A stretch of 64,000 nucleotides of DNA from the human T2T-CHM13v2.0 reference genome, Homo sapiens. Below the pieces are notes generated by a model. The model was not told where the DNA came from. It did no database searches and saw only the letters and a list, made by a program, of their open reading frames with translations. The first letter of the stretch is position 1, and each line of letters begins with the position of its first letter. The stretch is from the NCBI RefSeq assembly GCF_009914755.1, contig NC_060925.1; one strand, 5' to 3'. Both the position numbers and the translations under genes were made by a program. Below, one piece after another: positions 40,271 to 55,749 of the stretch.

Positions 40271-43200
40271 CTATTACAATTTTTAAAGTAATGAATGAAC
40301 TACACACTTTTCAGGCAAAGTTTCGTATATATTTCTCATAACAAAGCTTTTCATAGACATTTGGCAGCTGAAGGCTGGAGGTTAAGATCTCAAGAATATG
40401 GAGTACAAATCCTTATATTTTAACCAATCATGTAGAAAATGAGTTTAAATTCTTTTCACTAAAAATTGACTGAAATCTATATAGAAAGTCACTCCATTTC
40501 TGAAAGAAAAAACAGTACTTGGAGAAAGGGTCAAGATTTTTCTCAGAAAACAGTCAAGGTCTGCTTCTACACATGGAAAAATGGGACAATTGAAGCTTCA
40601 ATAATGGAGCTTCCAGCCCCATTATTGCCACAGCAACTGCCACATCATAGAATATCACCATGATCATATTCACCTGAAGTTTTTCAAAGCATATGCTTCC
40701 AATTGCATGGTGTGATTATAAAACAATTTCTATCATATACTCATAAAATGACCAGCTTTATTTCATGTAACTTCCTGATGAATGCCTCAAGATAAATTTG
40801 TGTTATAATAACCCTAGGAAACTAAATGAATTTACCTTCTACCCAGGCTGTTTGAATGTAAATCAATTACATGTTACAGAAGACTGAAATGATAGTGGTT
40901 TTATAATCGTCCACAAGCCATTCTTTCTGAGAGCATTTACCTAGCAAGTCCAGTAGAAATTAAATTTGTGGTTGCGTACCTTCAAGCAAATTGTTCACTT
41001 AATTTCTCAGCCCCACAGATTTTTTTATCTGTAAAATAAAAGGATTAAACCAGATGATCTCTAAGGTCCGTCTAGCTCTTGCTTCCTAACATGTTCTAAA
41101 CAAGCCAAAGTTGTTCATGTTTTAATAATAACTAATGTTAAACCCACAATTATGAATTAACTTGAACAGCATACACATTTCTACTGGCAGCTCGTTGATG
41201 GGGTTGTTTTCTTTATATTTTAGAGTATAAAGCTCTTCAGTCTGAGCTTTCTACAAAAGGCTGAATAACACCTTGTGAGAAATTCTTTAGAAATCCCTCT
41301 CTACCTGGACTGACTTAGACCTCAAAAGGACCAACTCTGTGCTCAGACATTCTAGTGAATTCTAATGAGTATATATGAACAGTGGCACTCACAGTCTTAG
41401 GCATCATTGGGCTTTTACATCCCCTTGAAAAAGTTGCTAACACTTATTGAGCACTTTATGTGCTTTACCTTCTTTAAACCTGGCAAGAAAGTATACTTTC
41501 CCCCATTCTACAGACGAGAAAACAGAATTTAGAAAGCCACACAACTAGAAAAATGGCAAAGAAGTCTCATTGCTTGCCTTCCCAACTCCAAAGCCCAAGC
41601 TCTTAATCAGTGTGGAACACAGACACCTATTTTTGGAATGTGCCCCCTTCATATGGTCAATGGTCCATTATTTCCTGCACTCTTCCCAGGTTAGTACTTT
41701 TCTTGGGGCAGAAAAAGTATTGCTCTTAACATAAAGCAGCTATAAACTGCTGCTTAACCAACTAAAGAAACCTACAAAGGTCATCAAGCCAAGCAGGGAG
41801 CTGCCAGTGCCATCACTGCCACAGCTGAAAGTGCAGAGAAATCAGTGTTGGTTTAAGTCAGGGCTTCTCAAAGTGCAGGTCCTGGAATCTGTCAGGGGTG
41901 GGACTCTGCCATCTTGTGGTTCACTAAGCTCTCCAGATGATTCTGATGCACATGTTTGAGAGCCACTTGTTTACATATAGCAGAGAAACCACCTGTCTCT
42001 CACCTCAAAGCTGACTCACCTGCAGAAACAATGAAAGATGATAATGACAGCCCCCCCAAAATACCTCCAAGCTATCAAATGAAACTAAAATGTAATATCA
42101 TTTTACTGACTCTATCCAATAAATAGACCACTCATTAATGAGTAATTTGGTAAGCACGTGAACATGCTCAGGATATAATTTTTCCAGGAACAGGGAAAAG
42201 AGTCCATGGATTGGAAGTTTATTTTGAAATTCAGCTGTAAGGGAATACGTTCTATGTATCTGTCTTTTATCAAGGTAAGACAGCAATATAATTTTATTGT
42301 TTCTTTCTAGCCAGTGTCTCAGTTTCCACTGAGGGGTTTATATGCCCTATTCAGCAGGACAAGAGCACATTATTTTAAAAATAGATGCCAATCATTGGCA
42401 TTTACCACATGCCAGTCACTGTGTGGGGTGCTTTACACATTCTCTAATTTCATTCCTGCAACAATGCTGCGAGGTAGAGATTGTCCTTCCTCTGCAGATG
42501 AGAAAACCAAAGTTTAGATAGAGACATTAAGTGTAAATCTGCTAAGCTCATTTCAAGACTCCTGAATCTCTAGAGAAAATAGATTTCCTGAGTAACATCT
42601 CCCTTTTCTTCTTTCTCTCGATGCTAATGCAACATTCCTTTACCCCAAGACTGCCAGGCACAGGAAGCCAGTGCTCTAGACCTTCCTTCATGGCCCATTC
42701 CCACTTTTCCTTTGACTCCCAGCATGAGCCCACTCTAGCTAATTTTAACACCATTTTCTGCACACTTGAGGTCCCCAACACCCGGATAGCTGAGCTAGGT
42801 GGGCTGCTGAGACTAAAGGATCTATGGGTCCTGGGGGAGGAAAAGAATGCCCCTGGAGGGAAAAGGAAGAAGGGCAGTAGGTAGCAGAAGGCGTGGCTTG
42901 GATGGGGGAAATGTGTCAACAGTGATACTGACCATGAACACACTGAACAACTAGCAAAGAGAATGGCTGAAAATATGACTGCTCAATGGAGGAACTAAGG
43001 AAAATATAGTCATATTTGTAAATAGTTTATCATTTCTGTTTCACTGCCATACAGCACAACAACTAGGATGCATATTATTAAATGGGTTGGATTAACTTTG
43101 TGGGTTTGGATTATTTTGCTGGAATAGTGACTTCTTTACTACTGTGACAATGCTATACTACAGAGTTTGCTGAACACACAGCACAGCTGTCTGTTCACTG

Positions 43201-43366
43201 CTTCAGAATTGGAGAGACCACTGGTCATATCTATATTTCCCTAGTTTGGAGAACATATATCCATACATTCCAATGCAAAATGCAAAAACAATGACCTGAG
43301 TTTGGTAATAGATCCAGAAACTTGTTAAGCTCTTATCAGCCATGTGTCTGTATTAAAAACCACCTG

Positions 43367-43712
<346 letters not shown>

Positions 43713-43894
43713 CTATTTGCGGTCATTCACTATATTTGCGGTAACTTCACATCACTGATCACAGGAACTACAGTAATGGGCAGGGTGGCTGAGCAGGGAT
43801 TCCTTTGCCTGTCTTCCCCAGTCCGTTCCCCAGTTCCTCTCTCCCAAAAGTCCTATCAACAGAGACCTTGCAACTTGAGGCAAAAAGTAAAAGA

Positions 43895-44112
43895 ATAATA
43901 GCTGCAGTAACTTAAGTACTTGCTGCATACAAGGCGCTGTGCTTAAAGTGATTTACATTCATTATCTCATTTTAACAACCTGAGAGGTAGGTATGACTCT
44001 TATCTGCGTTTTACAAAAGGGGAAGTGAAGGCTCTTAAATCACATAGCCTGGTAGAGTGGTAGAGCCTGGGCTTTGACCCAGGGCTCCCTAACTCCAAAA
44101 CACTTGCTCTCA
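43895..44112 (-). mobile_element. MIR
   Basis: ttacattcattatctcattt...gaggtaggta. Confidence 0.7.
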
Positions 44113-44724
44113 ATGTCTGCAGAGGACTCCCCAATGCACTATTATACCATTTAACTTGGCTAATGGCCAGTGTTTAAAATGGATAGGAGCAGAGACTTAT
44201 CCTATCTATAACCAAGGTAGAGTGCAGCCTCTGAAATACAGCTGAGCAAACAACTCAAGCACAGTTTGATGTTCCTGCCCAGTGGGTGCTATTCCAGGAA
44301 CTGATATCCCTTCCCTCATGTTCCTTAAACATATGTGACACCCACTATTATGGTATTGACAATGGGCTGAGAACCCCCTTCTCAGTGTAAGCAGGGACTC
44401 TTTCTAACCTCTCCCTGGTATAGGAAATGAGCACCTCTTCCATTCTGTCTCCAGTCTACTTAGCTCTGTCAGTAACTTGTCCAAAGCTTCTTTGGAAACT
44501 CAGTTGATTGGAAAACAGAGTACATTTTATATAATATAAATGGTGATGAGGCTCTTAGGTCAGTGCACCAAAGCCTACTTAATCTGCAATGTGCCTGAAA
44601 ATTGATGGTGCAGCCGAACCCAGAACAGTGCAGAGTTGTTGAAGACCCCTAAATTTCTCCAAGCCCAGGCTTTTTTATGCTCCTCTAGTTCCAGGGCAGT
44701 AACCAGCATGTAGTAGGAAATAAT

Positions 44725-44945
44725 ACTAGCTCGTGTTTTTTGAGCACTTACAATGTGCTTGACGGCACTGTACACCCATGATCCCATTGGACCCCCAAGG
44801 CAGCTCTAGGCAGTAAGCACAATTGTTAGCCTCAAGTAACTGAGGCGTAGAGAAGTTAAGTGACTTCCCAAGGTCACAGAGGTGACAAGTGATGGAGGAT
44901 TAGAACCCAGGCAGTCTGGATCCAAAGTCAGTGTGACCAACCACC
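44725..44945 (-). mobile_element. MIR
   Basis: aactgaggc..agagaagttaagtgacttcccaaggtcacag...gaacccaggcagtctgg. Confidence 0.8.
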
Positions 44946-46603
44946 TGTGGGCCTTTAGTTGCCTGAAAGCGGGGAAGAGGACCCGAGGCTGGGCTGAGGC
45001 TCTGCTGTGTAGTCAGCTCCCACAATGCACACATGGAAATCACACACACAAGCAGGTGGGGAGTGGGCTGGACAGGAGGTCTGGTGAATCCCTCCACAAA
45101 GGTGAGGGAGAATATGACAGAGACATCCACACAAGCTTCGGTGCCTCTAGAAGAGGAGGAGGTCCGTGAACAGGAAGGTGTCCGTGGGGTGGGCCAGGGA
45201 GAAGACAGAGCTGCTTGGACTGGAGAACAAACAGCTTGCTCCATTCTCCACAGTTTCTACTGCTGCTTTGAGGCATGACCTTGGGCAAGTTCGTCCCCTT
45301 CTGCGTAATAGTTCCCACCTCTAGAGTCTTTGTGCGGATTAAGTGAAATAACTCACTTTGCACGGTGCCTGGTGCCCACTCACTGAGAACATCCTCTTGT
45401 GATTAGGACCATTATCATTACATCAGAATGTCATTTGACTCTGAACACAGCCAAAGCCCACGAAAAAGCCTTTCGCAATTGGCCTTGCTAAGACAGGCTT
45501 GAGGGTAAGGAGGTTTTGCCCCCTACACTAGGACACAGCGCTGAAAGGCAGCCGCAGGACCCCACCTCCCTTGCCTCTGCTGATGAGGGCCGTAGTTCCA
45601 GTTTCCTTTCCCTGCCAAGCCCTTACCAGCACCACCAACAAGAGGCGTAATAAACTGGCTTGAGTCCCACCTCTTCATTTCCGCTTCTCTACTCTCAGCA
45701 GCTAGGGCTAAGAAGCTGTGAAATGAAGGAATGCCCGTTGGCAAGAAGAAAATAGTCACCAAGCCAAGCAGGCCCTGAATAATCAGGCTGCAGAACCGGC
45801 CATAATTTACTATAAAACAGTCTCTACTGGTGACGAGTGGTGGGGCAAGAACAGAGGAGAGAAAACAGATGCCCCTTGAAGTTTTTCACCAAAAATCTAA
45901 TAAGCCATGACTTATGAATGCGATGGTGTTTTGCAATCCACACTGCAATTCTTCACAATGTCTAGGTCCACAGCCAGCTCTCTGTGCTGAGAGGAAGGTT
46001 GCTATCTATACTACCACTGGCAAAACAAAAACAAACAAAACTAAAGGCAAGATGGTTGGGTCCTAAACTTAACACTTAGTTTCCCCATTTCTGTTATATA
46101 TTAGCTGAGGAGGCATTTGGAAGACCCCACAAAGACATTATATGTAAATCAATAACAATTTTTGTTTTATGTTCAAACCATGAACACTGACTAGCTAATT
46201 TTCATGGCATCCCTATAAGTGAGTTTTATGATCCTGCTCCAGTTCAATTCTTCTTCAATACTATAATCAGCTTAGATGATTTTTTCATGTATTTCCATAA
46301 AATGATTTTTGCCAGCACCTTACATTTTCATCAGATTTTCTTGTCGTAGCTGGATACGGCTGGCACAGACAGTTAAGTGTTGTGAAATGGAGCGGACTGA
46401 CAAGGATGGAGAATCAAACAAGGCATTGGCATGGGCCAACGTGGAGGGCTGCAGGGAGCAGGCAAGGGGGCATGACCTGGCTAGAAGTGCCTGGGAGAAC
46501 AGCCTAGTGTTTGTCAGCACAATCTACAAAAGCAATAGCATAGATTAAAAAGCAGGAGCCCAAGCAAGGGTCTTAATAGCTGAGGATATAGGACATTTGA
46601 CCG

Positions 46604-46908
46604 CTGTAGAGGATTGTCTCCAAAAAGTGGGTAGACACACCCCTTACTCTTACCTCTATGAGAGGAGTGTCCTTGGCTGCCCCATTGATGGTGGGCTCGG
46701 CTACATGCCTTGCTTGGTCCTATGGGATGTTGGGATGTTAGTAGGCATGATAAGCAGAGGCCTGTAATGTGTTTGCACAGTGGGGCTTGCCCTCTTGGGC
46801 TTCTGCCAGCACCATGAGAAATGTCCGCCCTGGTAGCACTAGTTCAAACAGGATGAGAGACCTGTGGAGCAGACCTGGATCACACTCACAGCTCAGAGCA
46901 AGCCCAGG
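46604..46908 (+). mobile_element. MLT1-family LTR fragment
   Basis: gggcttgccctcttg...caccatgagaa...tgtggagcagacctg. Confidence 0.6.
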
Positions 46909-47748
46909 TAAACACATTTATCAAGCATATTTTTAATGACTTCTTATCCTTCTAGTTGCAACTTCCATGTCACTGTCTCAGAGGTCCCTGCCCTGACTCT
47001 CCTCCGGGCTAAATTATGCCCCTGTGTTAATTGTGTTTCAATGAAAGAAAATAATTAATTAGGAAGAAATTATTTGCTTATATGTTTGTTTCTTCCATTA
47101 AATTACATTCCTTGAAAGCAAGGAGCATATCTTATATGCTTAATATATTCTAGGGATTGTGCTAGAGTTCAATGAAGTCTATTAGGCTCTTAGTAAATAT
47201 TTGTAGAATGAAATATAGAAAGCACTCCTGGAGGATGAGGCCACAACTACTACAGTGGTGACACAGAGCTCTTCTCTCAAGGAGCTTTGCATCTACAGGG
47301 CCAGACCATCAGCCACTGCACAGTGATAGGCTAGAGCTACTTAAATCCTTTCTCCCTGTGGTCAGAATTGACCTGAGAGACTGAGACAAGGTGTCCAGTT
47401 AGCTATTGCCATGGAACAAATTTTGACGAAATTTAGTAGCATCAAAGAACAATTACTATCTCTCAAGGTTTCTGTGGATCAGGAATTTGGAAAGAACTTG
47501 GCTGGGGCCGTTCTGGTTCAGCGTTTCTCATGAGGTTGTAGTCAGGTGGCAGCTGGAGAAGCTGGAGGCTGGCCATACATCTCTTTATTCTTGTAATCTG
47601 AGGGCTACTTCCTGTGGTCTCTCTGCACAGGTGAGTTGAGCTTCCCCCTAGCATGGCAGCCTCAGGGTAGTTGGACCATGTTCATGGTGGCACAGGACTC
47701 AAGTGCAGGTTTTAACAGCAAGCAAAGTGGAAGTTGTATCACCTTTTT

Positions 47749-48553
47749 CTTTTTAATGTGGTTAAAAACACATAACATTATCTGGGTGCGGTGGCTCACA
47801 CCTGTAATCCCAGCACTTTGGGAGGCTGAGGTGGGCAGACCACCTGAGGTCAGGAGTTCAAGGCCAGCCTGGCCAACATGGTGAAACCCTGTCTCTACTA
47901 AAAATGCAAAACTAGCTGGGCATGGTGGTGGGCGCCTGTAATCCCAGCTACTCAGGAGGCTGAGGCAGGAGAATCGCTTGAACCCAGGAGGCAGAAGTTG
48001 CAGTGAGCTGAGATCATTCCACTGTACTCTAGGCTGGGTGACAGAGCGAGACTCCACCTAAAAAAAAAAAATAATAAAAATCTTCCATCTTAACCATGTT
48101 TTAGTGTATGATTCACTAGTGTTATGTACGTTGACATTGTTATGCACCCAATCTCCAGAAATTTTACATCTTGCAAAACTGAAACTCTATGCCCATTAAA
48201 CAACAACTCCCCATTTTCCTCTCTCCTGAGCCCCTGGAAAACAGTGTTCTACTTTCTGTTTTTATGTATTTGACTACTTTAGATACTTCATACGAGCAGA
48301 ATCATGCAGCATCTGTCATTCTGTGACTGGTCCACTTCATCCAACACAATGTCCCTGAGGTTCACACATGCTGCAGCACATGACAGGATATCCTTCCTTT
48401 TGAAGGCTGAATAGTATTCCATTGTGTGTATATGCCATATTTTCTTTATCTATTCATCTGTTGATGGACATTTGGGGTGCTTCCACCTGTTGACTATTGT
48501 GAATAATACTGCTATGAATATAGGTGTGCAAATATCTGTTCAATTCTTTGCTT
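47749..48553 (-). mobile_element. L1MB-like 3' end
   Basis: catcttgcaaaactgaaactcta..cccattaaacaacaactccc; aggctgaatagtattccattgtg. Confidence 0.85.
47781..48080 (+). mobile_element. Alu (Sx-like)
   Basis: Full length. Confidence 0.95.
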
Positions 48554-48879
48554 GTTGCATCACTTTTTATGACAGCCTCAGAAGTCACAAAATAATACTT
48601 CTTTCAATGTCAGAAACCCACCCACATTTTAAGTGAGGGAGCATAGATCCCACCTCTTGATGAGAGGCACATCAAAGCCACATTATAAGAGGAGCATGTG
48701 GAGTAGGAGATATTGTTACAGCCATCTTTGGAAAATACAACCTTCCATGCAAGGATCCAGCTAGAAATGGAAGGGAGCAGAGGGAGAGATTAGGGAAGTG
48801 TTGTCAACCATCAGAGGTTGGCATTCAGACATCTGCCATACCAATGAAGGTCATGGCAAAGACCTTGCTGGCCACCAGC

Positions 48880-49125
48880 CTGCATCCTGTACAAAATAAC
48901 ACTCCACCACTTTCTATCTCCTTACCCTGCTTTATTCTTCATAGCACTTACCTTCCCCTCGGTACTTAATTGTTCAATTGCTTATTATATGTCCCTCTCC
49001 ACTAGAACATAAATTCCAAAAGAACAGGGACTTTGTCTTTTTGTTTGCTGCCATACACCAGAGTCTAGCATGGCAGCTGACACAGGGTAGGCACTCAGTA
49101 AAATTTCATTAAATGAATGAATGGA
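48880..49125 (+). mobile_element. L2 3' end
   Basis: ccactagaacataaattcc...cagggact...taggcactcagtaaa...aatgaatgaatg. Confidence 0.75.
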
Positions 49126-49610
49126 TTCAAGAAAGATGAAAATTTGATTTGAGTTCTGTGTTATAAAGTGGAATCAGGGTCATCTGGTGTAGTCAGACAA
49201 ACCTGCACGTAACTCCTAGTCTCAACCCTTACTGTCTGTGTGGTCTTCAAGGAGCTATTTAAGAAGAGAAAAGGGTGGGTAGCAAGGTAGCTGATGCTGA
49301 AACTCATCATCAGTATAGTCACAGCCAACAGAAACATGGGGTCAAGTGACAGAATATTGACCAAGGGACCCCTCAGAACCTATGAAGTCCACCTCCCTCA
49401 TTCAGCGGAGAAGAAAGCTGAGGCCCAGGGAAGTGAAGATTCCTACCCAAGACCACACAGAGGCAAGACTAAAACTTGGGGTCCCAAGTCCTCCGACTCA
49501 TCAAATGATTGGGTCCATCAGAACTCAAAGTTGCAAATGATAGAAATGTATCCCAATAACTAGGCTAGGCACAAGGAGAAGTCTCAGCCCCACCCATGTT
49601 TTCTCATGAG

Positions 49611-50077
49611 TGTGGCAGATGCCCTTGTTGCCCTGCATCTCATCCCGTCACCCACACCTGCAGCTGTGATGGATAGTGTCACTTCAAGTGTACCCTGACT
49701 GTTCTTCCACCACAAGACTTTCTCAAAAGGCACAGGAGCCCACTCAGCCCACACTCATGTTCAGCCAGAGAGAGAGAGTGTAGTCAAAGCCCCCAGGGAC
49801 AACTCTCAACCACAGAAAAACAGGAGCCATTAGGCAAATGCCCCAACCTTCTCTCCTATGGGTGGACAATTCTGGAGGCTTCAATGGTCCCTGCAGAGTT
49901 GAGCCCCTTTAGCCTAGAGCAGTGACCTTGACAATGCACACTTGATTGACTGTTTCCTTTTCCTTGTGCACTCTCCCTGTCCCCTCACACCTGCTTGCTG
50001 GGATCACCTCACAAATAACTACCTTCCTCTGTAAATCCTTGAATTGGGCTCTGCTTTAGGAGAAACCTAAACTAAGA
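49611..50077 (+). mobile_element. LTR16-type (ERVL) solo LTR
   Basis: tgggatcacctcacaaataactacct...ctctgcttt..gaaacctaaactaaga. Confidence 0.7.
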
Positions 50078-50994
50078 GGTCAGTCTATTGGTGATGTAGC
50101 AAAAAATTGAATATGTCTTAGTTATGCAGATATTGATCATTAGGGATAGGTACAGAAGGTAGAGGTTAACTGAGATAACATAAATAGTGCCTAGTCCCTA
50201 ATGCCTAACCATCATAGATGCTTACTCAATGTTACCATAGTTTATCTATTCTAAGACACACCCTGTCTTTCACATTTCAACATTTCTAAAAACAAGATAT
50301 ACCTTAAAACCAGTGATATCTTACAACTATAATTGGCAGGTTTTTTTTGTTTATTGGGGATATATAAATATTGGATGCATCTTGCAATCATTGTCATTTT
50401 AGAGTCTTAGGTATTTTACAGTTCTCACTCAGTTTCTTCCTACCCCGTGAGTCAGGGAAAGGAAATGAATTGTCAAAGTACGAAGGCAATACGTGGAACA
50501 GAGCTAGTCAAGAGACCCATATTTCCCTAAAACATGATAAACCTGAAAATCCCCCAGCCAAGAGGGAAAGAGACTGGGAGAGTCTAAAGGTCATGCAGGT
50601 AGATGTTGAGATTCCGCTCCAAGCAAATCAACAGAGACTGCGTTTCATTCATCCTTAGCACCTGAGCACCTGGCTCAAGGCAGAGTCTTGCAAATGTTTG
50701 TGTACAGAAACAAAGTGAGTGGGATGCCGAGGTGGTCTGTCCTGCCCATCCCGGAAGCTCACATAGGAGGTGGAACAGGTAGGGCAAAGAACGGGGGGTA
50801 ACTTTGGAACATCAGGAATATCAATGTGCTGGTCCAACTAAAGAGAGTGAGCCAGCCCGTCGGTACGGCCTCTCACACTGGGGAGGGGCTCTCACTTGAA
50901 TGGGTACATGCTGGGGGCTACAGACCCCACAGGGCATAGCTAACTTGCATTCGCTTCATCGCCTACCCTTTTTTCTCACTTCATATGGCTCTGA

Positions 50995-51556
<562 letters not shown>

Positions 51557-51824
51557 GTATCTTAGGGACTTTCTATGCCTTAAGTTCATAATGACAAACA
51601 TATACTAAGTATTCCGTAGTGAACTCACGGGGGCACTGTGGAACATTTTAAATTTTTTCAGGGGAAGCCCAGACACATCTGTCAGACCCTAAACAAATAC
51701 TACTATTAAGTTATTTGGACTTACTTAATAAACAGAAGTGTTAGATATTTCTTTTGGCTTTTTTCATGAAAAAAGTGTTGAGACACTAAATGTGCTGTAA
51801 AATAAAAAAAGTTTGGGAACTTCT

Positions 51825-52191
<367 letters not shown>

Positions 52192-52619
52192 TAAGGGTAG
52201 CATTTGCAGCACCATAAAAAGCCTTGGGAAAATAATCTATGGGCCAAAGAACCCCTTCAGGAGCCCTAACTCACACCATGTAGGTAGGTATCCACTCTTC
52301 CTGTGGGTCAATATCCTCAGCCTTGTCACCAAATCCCTAGTCCCATCTGAGGTGACACCTAACTTCAGGACTATCTGTCCCTAAAAGTACAGCCTGACCA
52401 TGACCCCATGAACAAAAAGTCATGTGCTTAGGGATTATGCACTTCAGTGGTCAGAGCTGGTAAGAGCCTGCCCTTTCAGCCCTTCTTATTGCAGGAAGGA
52501 GTGGAAAGCAGCCAGGTCCAAGATCCATTTCCATATGGCCTGGCCTTCCCAGACCATGTTAAATGACCTCCCCTTCCCTTCTACTATGCAAATCTTTTCT
52601 TCAAGATCCAGGTATATAA

Positions 52620-52775
52620 CATATATATTATGTTTATTCTGAATCTGAATTCTTCACTAAAATGTAAGCTCCATGAGGGCAGGGACTTCATTTTTTTACA
52701 ACTGTATAACCAGTACCAATAAGAATGCCTGCCAGAAAGTAGGCACTCAGTAAATATATTGAATAAATGAACTAG
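52620..52775 (+). mobile_element. L2 3' end
   Basis: aatgtaagctccatgagggcagggac. Confidence 0.8.
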
Positions 52776-53543
52776 AGTCCATGAAAGAATTAAGCCTTAA
52801 TGTGCCAATTATTCACTATGTGAATTAACTTTTCTACTATGCTTCATGAATGGCACTAGCTATGTACCATTTTTGGAAGAATCGAGAAGATAGTCATCCA
52901 AATCAATTTCTGTGTGCTATGGTTCAGGTGAGGAACCATTGTTGAGAAAGCCTGAGTTCATGAGCAAATTAATGGGTAAAAAGACCTACTTCTTCCAAGT
53001 AACCTCCTCTGATCATCCCAACCACATGATGTTGTAACTCTCCCTGCATCTATTAAATATGTCTTGGATTGGAAATGGTTAGGAGTGAAAGGCTCCTGCT
53101 TAATGACCAGTGTGCACTTAGTGATGCTCAACCATCCCTGTACAGTGACTTTGAGGACCCCACAGTTAATGGCTCTGTAAGCAGATCCAGCCTTTTAAAG
53201 GTTTCACAGAAGAACACTCCCACAATTGAGGCTGCAGTCTGAGTACTCTCTGGTACTGATAAGGCTGCCTGGGAACGCCCTGTCCTATCCCTTCCCCAAA
53301 TCAAAAGCTTTTTGAAAGGCAGCCAAGCATTTGAGACAAACCAAGCAGTACTAAGTACATTATCTTGTCTAAGCAAAGCATGAGAAGTAAATTAAGATCC
53401 CTACTGACCTCACTGACTAAAGAAAAAAAAAAAACAACTCTGCTTTTACCTAATGTATGCTCATGGCCATAAAGAGAATCTCCTCCTTTCCATTAAAATT
53501 ATATTTAGCCTAAGGAGATTCAGTACTCTCTGCAGTGTTATTT

Positions 53544-54995
53544 TATTTCTTTTTTAAATAGTTTCCACTTTTATTTTAGATATGGGGGCACATGTGCAAG
53601 TGTGTTACATGGGTATATCATGTGATGCTGAGGTTTGTGATACAAATGATCCTGTCACCCAGATACTGAACATAATACCCAACAGTTAGTTTTTCAGGCT
53701 TTGCTCCCTCCCTCCCCCTATATTAGTCTCCAGTGTCTATTATTGCCATCTTTATGTACTCAATATTTAGCGCCCACTAATAAGTAAGAACATGTGACAT
53801 TTGATTTTCTGTTCTGGCATTAATTTGCTTAGGATAATGGCCTCCAGTTCCATCCATGTTGCTGCAAAGGACATGATCTCATCCTTTTCTATGGCTACAT
53901 AGTATTCCATGGTGTATACATATCACATTTTCTTTATTCAATCCACTGTTGATGGGCATCTAGGTTGGTTCCATCTCTGCTGTTGTGAATAGCACTGTGA
54001 TGAACATACGAGTGCATGTGTCTTTTGGTAGAATGATTTGTTTTCTTTTGGATATAAACTCAGTAATGGGATTCCTGGGTTGAATGGCAGTTCTGTTTTA
54101 AGTTCTTCAAGAAATCTCCAAACTGCTTTCCACAGTGGTTGAACTAATTTACATTCGCACCAACAGTGTATAAACATTCCTTTTTCTCAATAGCCTTACC
54201 GGTATCTATTGTTTTCTTGACTTTTTAGTAATAGCCATTCCAACAGGTGTGAGATGAAATCTCATTGTGGTTTTGATTTGCATTTCTCTAATGACTAGTG
54301 ATGTTGACCATTTTTTCATATTTGTATGTCTTCTTTACAGAAGTGTTTGTTCATGTCTTTTGTCCACTTTTTAATGGGGTTATTTGTTTTTTGCCTGTTG
54401 AATTGTGTAAATTCCTTATAGATTCTGGATATGGACCTTTGTTGGCTGCACAGTTTATGAATATTTTCTCCCATTCTATAAGTTATCTATTTACTCTATT
54501 GATAATTTATTTTGTTGTTCAAAACCTCTTTTGTTTAACTAGGTCCCACTTGTCAATTTTTTGTTTTGTTGCAATTATTTTTGAGACCTTACTCAGAAAT
54601 TCTTTCCCAAGGCTGATGTCCAGAATGGTGTTTCCTAGGTTTCCTTCTAGAATTCTAGAATATAGAATCTATAAAATATAGATTGAGGTCTTATATTTAA
54701 ATCTTTAATCCATCTTGAGTTAATGTTTGTATATGGTGAAAGGAAAGGGTCCAGTTTCATTCTTCTGCATAACTAGCCAGCTATCCCCAGCACCATTTAT
54801 TGAATAGGGAGTTCTTTCCCCATTGCTTATTTTTGTCAACTTTGTTGAAGATCAGATAGTGGTAGATGTGCAGCTTTATTTCTGGGTTCCCTATTCTGTT
54901 CCATTGGTCTATGTGTCTGTTCTTGTACCAGTAGAATGCTGTTTTGTTTATTGTAGCTTTAGAGTACAGTTTGAACTTGGGTAGTCTGATGCCTC
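53544..54995 (-). mobile_element. 5'-truncated L1 (old L1PA-like): ORF2 C-terminus and 3'UTR
   Basis: ORF2 remnants HCW.ECKLVQPLWKAVWRFL and [14 protein letters not shown]; TSD ctgcagt(g/a)t(t/c)attt. Confidence 0.93.
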
Positions 54996-55749
54996 CTGCA
55001 GTATCATTTAATAAGGACAATTCTGTTTCAACTTTCTCTGGTCATTTCTAAACCAATTAATAGCAACAGGAATGGGATTACTATAATTAGCTTAGACTTA
55101 TTGACTTTATCCTAGGAACTGGGGATGAAGTCTCCTAAATCATATGAGGAAAAGGTAGATACCTGAAAAGAAAATGAGGGTTCTCTTGGCTGGGAAGCAA
55201 GGCATAGACTGACTATGCAATTAGTATGCATCGTGAAAGATTTAATAGACAGTACAGACTTTTAGGGTAAAGATAACAACTTTAATGTTGACCACATTCA
55301 ATACTGAATGTAAAAAAAAATCTCTATTATTATCTCTGGACTGCTTTTTCAGATGTTCTCTGCCACCTGCAGTGGCCCAGTGGTTAAAAGAAGAAGAAAA
55401 AAAAAAACCTAGTTGTTTCTTTGAAGTGTTGCTTTTTAATTACTGCATATCATTTATGTGTGATTTATATATCAGACTTCATGCACCTAACAGCACAGTG
55501 GAAATCAGTGACAAATAAGTAAGGGATTATACACCAGATCGAAAGTGCAAAGCTACGGGCAAAGCATGATAGCGGACAGAAAAGAAAGTATTTACTTTCA
55601 GCTGGAGGGATTGGGGGATGTCTCCATTGAAGAGGTGGAGTTTAAGCTGATATCAGCAGGATTGGCAAGCATTTCATCCTGCGGGGATGACAGAAGCAAG
55701 AAGCACAAGGAAGAAAGCAAAGGAATATTTCTGTATAGGAGGAGGGAAG

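Larger units (their letters stand above)
47392..48751 (-). mobile_element. MLT1-family LTR interrupted by L1MB and Alu
   Basis: gtttctgtggatcaggaatttgg... resumes at 48554 and ends gccatctttggaaaatacaac. Confidence 0.7.

Noticed and set aside
53938-55020. ORFs resembling the L1 ORF2 C-terminus
   Set aside because: Frameshifted fragments of a truncated, dead L1
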